This document shows positions 26,180 through 35,567 of a stretch of DNA of 50,567 bases, in pieces (position 1 is the stretch's first letter; each line of letters opens with the position of its first letter). A program made the translations under genes and the position numbers. The notes beneath the pieces were generated by a model. The model saw only the letters and a list, made by a program, of their open reading frames with translations, searched no databases and was not told where the DNA came from. Origin of the DNA: Octopus bimaculoides. Lineage: Eukaryota. Location of the stretch: assembly GCF_001194135.2 (NCBI RefSeq), contig NC_068989.1, positions 57,654,528 through 57,705,094 of the forward strand, written 5' to 3'.

Positions 26180-27245
26180 CTGAATTAACCCGCAGTTTGG
26201 AGTTGATAAACGTAAAATGTATAATTATCAATTTCGTTAGTAGTTTATTATATGGTATTAAGCAACCTAGGTAATGAATAAAGCTTTTTTGAACAGAAAT
26301 TTGACAGTTAGTAATAAATGAAAGTCCATGAAATGAGATCGCAATTGCTGTAGGCATTGGGGATACTATATCTTACCTGACGCGTTTTGTAGCATGTAGT
26401 TATTTTATTCGCAATGCCTGACACAACCGCATTGAACCGTTTTTCAATTAATTCATGTATGATAAAGAAAAGTAAGAACAATGGCATATACAAAAATAAT
26501 TGTCAGAGCACGCTTATGAGCGAAATGTGTGCGTGAAGTAAGAATGGTCATTGTTAATAGCAATCACGGAAATGAAACAAAATATCAATGTAATGCTTGT
26601 AGAAAGTCTAATTGCTAATGGCTACAGATTGGCGTAAATGTGAAGATTGCAGTAGCGGAGTAACTACTGTGGGGCTGCTTTGTAGACGACATTTTTGGTT
26701 TTTCCTTCAGGAGCATAGATAAATAAGCTGTCTTGATGGCCAACTCTGGAACAACCGACATAGAACTGTCCATGTGAAAATCATGACGTTCGAAGGTCCA
26801 ATCCGACAACTTTCAGCGATTGACTTTGTTGATTGTCACGGTGAAGCTGAATTTGAGAGCGAACTGAACTCTCTGCATATGGTCTTTTAGGGTTAGTGGA
26901 ATCTTCGGAATAAAACGGTATCGTTTTTTTCCATGTCCAGTGATAATTTGCGCTTCAATGACGCGATCCATCATTTGTTTGACCACAAAGCGAGTTCCAT
27001 TGTATAGTGTGGGTGCGTTTAGATTGCGTAGGAGGATGACAGGGCAACCGACTTTTAAGTGAAGTTCATGGGGAGGGAGTCCGGGAGGATATTTGGAGTC
27101 GAGAAATTCTGTTGGGAAGTGTGTAACCTGATCGAGATTGGTAACAGTGTCAACTGATCTGCAACAACGTTCTTGAGAAGGTAGCTTACTAAGTCGTAGT
27201 TAAGAGTGGCGACAGCTGCATTTGTAGGTGCAAGAACAGCTCTAT
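26180..27245 (-). mobile_element. Helitron 3' fragment encoding the PIF1-like helicase C-terminus (26664-27243, frameshifted)
   Basis: RAVLAPTN, FPTEFL..PPGLPPHELHLKVGCPVILLRNL...NGTR, VFIPKIP, FSHGQFYVGCSRV and KTKNVVY..*. Confidence 0.85.
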
Positions 27246-28345
27246 GCTAACGTATGAATATCGGCAGGTTGCAGAAAATGTAAAATCTGTATAACTGTCA
27301 CAACTTTGAGTAAAAGCAGAGAATATATATGATATTGATTAATTTCTGAAGGCATTTAAAAAATAATTAAAAGTTGATTTAAATTACATGGCTACCTCAA
27401 GGAAGTGAAAGTATCGGCGGTTTGCAGTGAATGGGCATTGTAAAAACTGTAGAAGACGAAGTGAAAGTAGCATGACTATGTCATCAAGGGAGTAATGTCC
27501 CTTGAAACAACAATCGTTGGTATTTGTTATTTACCTATGAGTAGGTGTTTTCGTCCCCTAGGGACGGCATTACTCATTATGTGGAAAATTTCAAGGGCTT
27601 GTGACCATCTCTGAAACATAAGTGATGTAAGTTCCCAGCGTAAACGAAATCGGATGATAAACACACATACACACATCTTCCGTTTTATTANNNNNNNNNN
27701 NNNNNNNNNNNNNNNNNNNNNNNNNNNNNNNNNNNNNNNNNNNNNNNNNNNNNNNNNNNNNNNNNNNNNNNNNNNNNNNNNNNNNNNNNNNNNNNNNNNN
27801 NNNNNNNNNNNNNNNNNNNNNNNNNNNNNNNNNNNNNNNNNNNNNNNNNNNNNNNNNNNNNNNNNNNNNNNNNNNNNNNNNNNNNNNNNNNNNNNNNNNN
27901 NNNNNNNNNNNNNNNNNNNNNNNNNNNNNNNNNNNNNNNNNNNNNNNNNNNNNNNNNNNNNNNNNNNNNNNNNNNNNNNNNNNNNNNNNNNNNNNNNNNN
28001 NNNNNNNNNNNNNNNNNNNNNNNNNNNNNNNNNNNNNNNNNNNNNNNNNNNNNNNNNNNNNNNNNNNNNNNNNNNNNNNNNNNNNNNNNNNNNNNNNNNN
28101 NNNNNNNNNNNNNNNNNNNNNNNNNNNNNNNNNNNNNNNNNNNNNNNNNNNNNNNNNNNNNNNNNNNNNNNNNNNNNNNNNNNNNNNNNNNNNNNNNNNN
28201 NNNNNNNNNNNNNNNNNNNNNNNNNNNNNNNNNNNNNNNNNNNNNNNNNNNNNNNNNNNNNNNNNNNNNNNNNNNNNNNNNNNNNNNNNNNNNNNNNNNN
28301 NNNNNNNNNNNNNNNNNNNNNNNNNNNNNNNNNNNNNNNNNNNNN

Positions 28346-28379
<34 letters not shown>

Positions 28380-28589
28380 GTGTGTGTGAGTGTGTGTGTA
28401 TGTGTGTGTCTACATATATGTATATATATGTATATGTGTGTGTATGTATATACAACCTTCAACAAAGTAGCCGTCATGTATACAACTTGAACAGACACAT
28501 ATCAGTACATAAACATACGTTCACATGTACACACACACAGACACGTATACACACCTAAATACTCACGTGCATACATATGTACGTGTGCA

Positions 28590-28774
28590 TCGTTGGCGAT
28601 ATTCTTTCTCTGTCTTCCCTTCTTTGGACTTTTCCTATATTTCTGACGAAGAACTCCGATCGAAACGTTAAATCCTCTTTCTTTTCTTGAGCATCCAATA
28701 ACACTGTACTTATTCCACATCCTCGCGTTATTGTTTTTTCGTGTTTTTTCTTGCTTGTTCATGTTTGAATCGAC

Positions 28775-28775
<1 letters not shown>
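28590..28775 (+). mobile_element. Probable Penelope-like element terminal remnant carrying a degenerate minimal hammerhead-like motif (28639-28673)
   Basis: ATTT-CTGACGA-AGAACTCCGATC-GAAACGTT-AAAT in a pyrimidine-rich tract; CTGANGA...CGAAAC is the typical Penelope terminal signature. Confidence 0.45.
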
Positions 28776-28808
<33 letters not shown>

Positions 28809-28944
28809 CATACATACGTGTGTATAGGCATGAACACATGCATACGCGTGTACACATGCATACGCACATACATGTACACACACATAAATACATACATGCA
28901 TACACACACACACACATACATACATACATACATACATACATACA

Positions 28945-28977
<33 letters not shown>

Positions 28978-29415
28978 CACGAACTAACTGGTACTTTCTC
29001 CGATGCAGCACGGAATTTTGTCAGTGAACAGGTCATGGTCTCAAAGCGACGAAAATATTTTGCCAAATTAAATTTAAATGTTGAAGTTAGGGGTTGAGGA
29101 TTCAACCCACTAAGGGATAGTATCTATCCAATATACTGCTGGGAGGGTACCCAATTATTGTTACACTAGTGTTATACCAAGTGTAATAAGTGAGAGCGGG
29201 AAAAAGGGGGGGTACCCTAAATATATATCAATTAGAAAATGGAGGATAATATGCTGAACCCAACGACTTGCAGACAGTGTATCTCGTTGAATTCATTAAC
29301 TTAATTTGTAACTAAAGTGACAAAAAACCACGATTACAAGTGTTTATGACAAACCATGTTATATTGACAACCGGGTTTACAAATAAAAGTACATAAGGAA
29401 TTTGAGAATAAACTT

Positions 29416-29536
29416 AATCTTACAGCTGTTTCGGCCTAGCTTTGGCATGCCCCATTTTATCCGAATANNNNNNNNNNAGCAGATGAAATGCTGAAATGGG
29501 GGTACATGCACGATTCGCTAGGCCTCTTCAGAGATT
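29416..29536 (-). ncRNA. Type I hammerhead ribozyme fold with extended helix II and palindromic helix III
   Basis: Minus strand reads AAUCU-CUGAAGA-GGCCUAGC...GCUAGGCC-GAAA-CAGCUG-U-A-AGAUU. Helix I is a perfect 5 bp, the catalytic core is canonical and the cleavage triplet is GUA (cut between 29421 and 29420). Confidence 0.8.
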
Positions 29537-30075
29537 CACAAAGAATTCCATACAAATATACAGTAAGAGATAAAAACAAAAGTGAAATAGAAACAAAAAC
29601 AAAAATAAAAATAAAATAAGGGTACAGCAAGAATAAAATAAAAAATAAATAAATGAAAAATGAAAATATAACATATAGAAAATATAAAAATATAAGGCAC
29701 ATAAAAAGCCTACAAACAGTACATGAGGTCATACAAATAGCTATAGACACTCCAATATATATATATAAGTCCGTGTGCATAACCATACTTAGAAGCTCAA
29801 TGATTCAAGATCATATATATATGTGAGTACACATGTGTGTCCATATCCATCTATCCCCTCACACATACGTATACAAATACAAATATGTATACACAAGCAT
29901 TCTCCTACGTACATGGTCCCTGGTACCAACGCTATCTCCTGTGTTTCGAAGGCTGTTTATGCTTTTTTAAAATAAAAAAAATTGCTGAGTGTGTGCGTCA
30001 GTTCTATATATTTTGAATGGGTTTATGTAGAAGTTCATTTCATAGGAGTTATTAATATTCTAGTAGCAATAACAG

Positions 30076-30076
<1 letters not shown>

Positions 30077-30126
<50 letters not shown>

Positions 30127-30166
30127 CGACGACGACAACAACAACAACAACAATAATAATAATAAT
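30077..30166. repeat. Compound trinucleotide microsatellite (GAT)n(GAC)n(AAC)n(AAT)n
   Basis: Direct inspection. Confidence 0.95.
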
Positions 30167-30449
30167 ATGCCAAACTTTCTAACTTTGCGGTGTAGGATAT
30201 CCTGTTACTTCTTCCAACGGGTAAATCGTTCTGCTGCTATTTGGGGAGGGTTAATTTCTACAGTTAATTCCTCCCATCTAATTGGACAACTATTGTTTGA
30301 AACTACCTAGGCTTAGCTACGGTTGGAACAAATTAAGTTAATGAATTCAACGGGATACACTGTCCGCAAGTCGTTGGGTTCAGCATATTATCCTCCATTT
30401 TCTAATTGATATATATGGACTCTCCTGTTGGTTTCAACTTATGATGATC

Positions 30450-31440
30450 TGACGTCAGTCATAATGCTTATGTCGAATGTGACATTTGTGCCCCACAAAC
30501 GATTTGTAAAGAAGCCCACATGTGTTGCAAGTTTGAGGATTACGGGTCAGTGCAGGCGGTATATTTGCAGCCGCTTTTCTCCCTTGCCTTGCACCTCAAC
30601 CTGTTAATGCTGGTTGCAACAAAATTTCTTATACCATTTTGACACGACGATCTCCATTTTGTTCGATCCAGAGTTGTTTGTTCAAAGATGTTGTGAGTAT
30701 ATTGACTGCTGAGAGGTTACTCTTCAACTTGTCTTTATATCTAAGCCATGGTCGACCAACATTGCTGTTCTCACCATCAAGCTAGTTGTACATGAAAACT
30801 TTGGATATTCTTTCGTCACTCATTCTAACGATATGGCCAGCGCAATTGCGACTGCATGAGGAAGCTCTCTGTTCCACTAATCTTACTCTTGCTAAACAGA
30901 TCGGCATTAGAAGCTTTGTCTTTTAGTGAATAACCGTAAATTGTTTTGAGACAGCCTTTATGGAAGATGTCTAGTTGGTTAATGTGCCGTCCATAGGGTG
31001 TCCACGATTCTGGACCATACAAGAGAGTAGTAAGAATGGCAGCTTTATAGACTTGCACTTTGGTGTTAAGTTTAATGCCCCTTTCATTCCAGAAGAGATG
31101 ACGGAGTTTTCCAAATGTGTTGGCTGCTCTTGCAAGATGGTTGACGATTTCCTCAAGGGAAGCGCTCGTATTCACATTGCTACCAAAATATGTAAATGAC
31201 TAGATATTTTAGGTCTTTCCCATCAACCTGTATAGGAGTGTCAGGAAACTTTGAACGCCAACTCAAGAGGTAGATTAACCGTTGTGTAACCCTTCAAAGC
31301 CCTTGGATTTTCGAATTTTTGGTGCGATACACGAGTAGGGGCTTTAATTTCATAACACCAGCGGCATTTCCTCTCAAAAGAAGTTCTAGACGACTTTTGG
31401 AAGCTGTTGGTCTTGATTTTCCTTCTCAAGAACTAAAAGT
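30450..31440 (-). mobile_element. Decayed RTE-BovB-like LINE, 3' part of ORF
   Basis: FTYFGS..EEIVNHLARAANTFGKLRHLFWNERGIKLNTKVQVYKAAILTTLLYGPESWT..QLRW. Confidence 0.85.
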
Positions 31441-32313
31441 TTTAACAGGCATGTGCCTTCAGAAGAGTGCAGTTTCGTCAAATATTTTTTACTTGTTCTG
31501 GTGTGTAACCCACCACCACCACATCCACCACTTCAGCAATCATGTATATAGATAGATAGATAGATACATACATACATACATACATACATACATACATACA
31601 TACATACAAACAAGCAACTTAAACGAAAAAGAAAAAGCGAGACCTTTGAGAAAGGTAGAGAAAGGGACGGAAGAAACCAAAAGTTATTGTGAGTCGCTAC
31701 AATATGAAATAGCGCATAAGACTTCCTCTATTCGTTGATTGTCGCTACCCACAACTTTGAGTCTGGTAAATATCTTAGTTAGAAGTCACTTACCTCTGAT
31801 GAACGCTTGGAATTGTGTTGATACTTACCAGGCAAGAGCACAAGGGATTAAGTGGAAGAGGTCAGGATAATGGACTTTTGTAATGTGTGTGCATGTAAAT
31901 GTGTGTGCATATGTGCATATGTATATATATGTGTGTGTAGATGTGTGTATATGGATAACAGTATGCGTATGTACAAAGCGTATATGTTGAGGGTGCACAG
32001 CTAGCACATTTATATAAACATTTCTAAAGAGAAAATTTAGTTTATATCTTTCTCCCAAAATACTATTTCCTTTCTTATAAAGAACATTCGTCAAAATTCT
32101 TAAACAACTTCTATGTCAGAATGCCCAAATACTTTAATATAATACTGATATGTTTGGTGCTTGCGCCAGATCTTTTCGCAATAACTAAATTTTTTGCTAT
32201 TTATTATTGTTAATATTATTATTATCATCATCATCATTAATTTAAATAAATATTTGTAATTCGCTACGGATAGTCGTGTGAATAGAAACATTGTTCTCTT
32301 ACACAGCGCAGTT

Positions 32314-33942
32314 TTATGTAAGAAGAGGCTGTTCTATGTTTTGACCGGTCTCTTGTAAGGTATGCTCGTTTTCATCACCTGCTGGAATGTCTGGACTGAG
32401 AATCGTTGTTTCTTCATCTTTTTCATCGTTATTGTCATCGGTAATAGTGCCAAGCCCTTCATTCGCAGTCTTCTCGGGTTCTGCCATTGGGGCAACACTC
32501 TTCAACGCGACTGTACTTTTATCATCGGGTTTTGGTAAAGTATGTATCGTTTGATCGCCTCTCGGGAGTTTTGGACTTGGAATCACTGTTTCAACTTTTT
32601 TATCGAATTTGTTGATAAATCTGTCGAGCGATGCTTTCTCGGGTGAAAATGAAGTACTGCTGGATAATCTACGTTTCTGCTCTTCAGTTTTGAAATAAGT
32701 ATCCTTGAAGTCCATAATAGGGATACAGTTTTTGTGACGTTCTAGGAGTGTTTTCTTCACTGTTGCTGGAGTCAGTACTTCTTCGGAAACAGACATTTTC
32801 CTTTTGCGGCCGTTCTGTTCACCTGGGTATTTGGGAATACAGTTCTTGTGATATTCCGTGTATGTCTTAACGCGTGTTTTAGATTTACTTGACGAAAAAA
32901 TCTTGTAATAGATGGAATCGGGGAAACAATTTTTGTGACGATCCACGAATGTCGTTTGAGAATTGAACATAAATGGTTTTTTTCTGGGCTCCTTCTTTAG
33001 GAAGCTGAGAGGAGGGAAACAATTTCTGTGGTGATCCATTAATACCTTCTGATATGTTGTTGTAGCTGGCCTTAGACCATCAGAATATATGGCAGTGGGA
33101 ATTCTTCCTGCTTTCAGCTCTTCTTGCGTTGAATCAATCGCTGTCAGGATCGGTACTTGATAGTCAAAAGGGATGTTCTTCTTTTCCTCGACGGGGATCT
33201 CCATAGCTGCTATATTCATCATGTTGTCTATGCTAGTTTTTGAAGACTGAAAACTGGATCGCTTTTTAGAAGCAGTCACCGAAGTTTTTGTGGGTAATTC
33301 AGATGTCCTGTATTTAGCTGATTTATTTTCGGAAATTCGACTTCGCTCCTTTGCTGATGTCTTTACTGAAGATTCTTGTGCTTTTGTGTCTTTTTTGGGG
33401 CTATCACGTCTTTTTTTAGATTTTTTTCCTGTAAGTTCTTTACTGCGAGCACTTTTTTCTGTAATTTGATCGGATGATGAGAGCTTAGACTTATCGGAAA
33501 ATTTTAAAGCCTTAGCTCCATCGAGTTTCCCCAAATCCTTACCTTGACCGAGCTTTCCTGAGTCCTTAACTTGATCGAGTTTTCCCAAATCCTTAGCTTC
33601 GCTGAGAGATTTCAAGTCTTTAGCCTGATCAGGATATTTCAAGTCTTTAGCCTGATCAGGATATTTCAAGTCTTTAGCCTGATCAGGATATTTCAAGTCT
33701 TTAGCCTGATCAGAAGATTCCAAGTCCTTAGCTTTATCGAGTTCTTCCAAGTCCTTAGCTTTATCGAGTTCTTCCAAGTCCTTAGCCTTATCGAGTTTTT
33801 TCAAATCCTCCTTCTTTTCACTTACAGGAGTTGCTTCTAGATACAAAATAGGACCAGATTTTCCAAGTCTAATACTAATACTCTTACTATCTGCAATCGA
33901 AGCAGTTATTTTATTACAAGACCCATACAATTTGATGTCCAT
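32314..33942 (-). CDS. Uncharacterised 542-aa Lys/Ser/Asp-rich protein with twelve 9-aa tandem repeats (aa 42-149) and four H[K/R]NC[F/I]P motifs (aa 305-408); possibly extended by 10 aa via an upstream micro-exon
   Basis: 1629-nt uninterrupted ORF in AT-rich DNA where other long ORFs are microsatellite, gap or TE artefacts. Start context AAAAATGG; AATAAA on minus strand at 32200-32205, about 110 nt past the stop; synonymous codon variation between motif copies. No transposase or RT motifs. Confidence 0.85.
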   Translation of the reverse strand: MDIKLYGSCNKITASIADSKSISIRLGKSGPILYLEATPVSEKKEDLKKLDKAKDLEELDKAKDLEELDKAKDLESSDQAKDLKYPDQAKDLKYPDQAKDLKYPDQAKDLKSLSEAKDLGKLDQVKDSGKLGQGKDLGKLDGAKALKFSDKSKLSSSDQITEKSARSKELTGKKSKKRRDSPKKDTKAQESSVKTSAKERSRISENKSAKYRTSELPTKTSVTASKKRSSFQSSKTSIDNMMNIAAMEIPVEEKKNIPFDYQVPILTAIDSTQEELKAGRIPTAIYSDGLRPATTTYQKVLMDHHRNCFPPLSFLKKEPRKKPFMFNSQTTFVDRHKNCFPDSIYYKIFSSSKSKTRVKTYTEYHKNCIPKYPGEQNGRKRKMSVSEEVLTPATVKKTLLERHKNCIPIMDFKDTYFKTEEQKRRLSSSTSFSPEKASLDRFINKFDKKVETVIPSPKLPRGDQTIHTLPKPDDKSTVALKSVAPMAEPEKTANEGLGTITDDNNDEKDEETTILSPDIPAGDENEHTLQETGQNIEQPLLT

Positions 33943-34341
33943 TTTTCTTACAACCTTACTTCTGTCGTTTAATAAAATTTATAAAACAGTAGTCACAATT
34001 TCATACGTTATTTTTGCTTGTTGTTTGTTACTATTCTTTGTTTTTTTTTTCTTTTATCAGATCAACACATATCGAACATATTGAGTTTCTACTACAAACG
34101 CTTTAGAAATAACATGATTCAATTTTAGGCGAATCAAGCAGAAAGAAAACTGTTTGTTTCTTTGTTTAATTTTTCTCAGAAAATATCAACAAAATATGCT
34201 TGAAATGGCGTTAGGTTATCAAACATGACGAATATACACAATATTTTCAATGTTATAGTCTACTTGTACCTTTCAAAACGACTAATAACTTAGATAGTTC
34301 GATATATTGTTATCCAAAATGCAGCTGTGGTAGACACTTAC

Positions 34342-34352
34342 GATACCACCAT
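34342..34352 (-). CDS. Putative first coding micro-exon (ATG GTG GTA TC) of the 32314-33942 gene; intron 33962-34341
   Basis: Minus-strand donor TC|GTAAGT at 34341 and acceptor TTTTATAAATTTTATTAAACGACAG| at 33962. 11 nt plus the 19 nt before the ORF ATG gives 30 nt, in frame with no stop: MVVSSKVVRK-MDIKL. Context GACATGG. Confidence 0.45.
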
Positions 34353-34455
34353 GTCTTTGTTTTTGCCACATCGTGCATAGCACAAAGATAATGCTGAAAA
34401 CTTGGATATATTCAGTTTGTCATTGTAGGCTTGAATATCACGTATACAAAGCTAG

Positions 34456-34463
34456 TGACGTCA
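34456..34463. promoter_or_regulatory. Perfect CRE palindrome TGACGTCA upstream of the minus-strand gene
   Basis: Exact 8-bp CREB/CREM/ATF consensus about 100 bp 5' of the predicted upstream ATG; function is inferred only. Confidence 0.3.
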
Positions 34464-34964
34464 TATATCATAACTGTGTCTGTACATACAAACGCACACA
34501 TACACACACACATATACATACACACATACACACACACACACACACACACATACATACATACATACATACTACATATACGCATGCATACATACATACATAC
34601 ATACATTCTTAACACATACAGACCACGCAGATACACAAATACATCTATATACACTTGCGCGTATTGTATCCTATTCTTTCCTCAGTTTGTGTAGGAAAGT
34701 CCCAAAGCAACTTCACTTTATTGTTTTCGCGAGCTTCCGTTTCTATTCCCACTAAATGGTTATAGCGTCTTTTCTGCGCATGCAAAACTAAATTTCTTGC
34801 AAAAATTCCACTGAATTATTACAGGCATATTATTATGTGTATATTTTGTATTCATGCTGAGCTAACTTTGGATATTTTGATACAATGTAAGTTCTGGTCT
34901 CAACTAAAACACTGTACATTCTACACTTGGAAGAGCAGTCCTGCAAATCTATCTTCTACTTGAT

Positions 34965-35252
34965 CCAAATTTATTATTATTATTGTTATTTATTGCCTTT
35001 GCACAGCTTCTAACGCTGAAGATGTACCACGGTGTCAGCTGTTCACAACCAGTGAACTAAGGTAGCACCTCTTATTTTTCGAGCACCTTCCGGAGTATTC
35101 TAGTGGTTCCAAGCAGTGCTGTTTTCTGCAAATGCTCCACCCTTATTTGTTCCACGTACTTCTCGAGATTTTTGCTTATTGTTCCCAGAGCTCCGACAAT
35201 TATTGGTAATACTCTTTTGAATATATGGTACTCTTTTTTGAATATATGAACT
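34965..35252 (-). mobile_element. 3' end of an R4/Dong-like (restriction-like endonuclease) non-LTR retrotransposon
   Basis: VLPIIVGALGTISKNLEKY...LQKTALLGTTRILRKVLE*, a short 3' UTR and a (TAA)n tail. Confidence 0.75.
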
Positions 35253-35393
35253 NNNNNNNNNNNNNNNNNNNNNNNNNNNNNNNNNNNNNNNNNNNNNNNN
35301 NNNNNNNNNNNNNNNNNNNNNNNNNNNNNNNNNNNNNNNNNNNNNNNNNNNNNNNNNNNNNNNNNNNNNNNNNNNNNNNNNNNNNNNNNTATA

Positions 35394-35425
<32 letters not shown>

Positions 35426-35567
35426 CGTATGTATATATGCATGCATGCATATATGTATGTATGTATGTATATTTCCCTTCATAGAAAATATTCTTTTCTA
35501 CTCTCGGCACAAGGCCCGAAATTTTGGAGGAGGGGACCAGTCGATTAGATCGACCCCAGTATGCAGT

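Noticed and set aside
33571-33840. 89-aa plus-strand ORF with LIRIFQVFS repeats
   Set aside because: Antisense shadow of the 27-bp coding repeat
34724-34783. TTTTCGCG (E2F-like) and TGCGCATGC (NRF1-like) motifs in a small CpG patch upstream of the gene
   Set aside because: Short motifs separated from the gene by a microsatellite; no independent support
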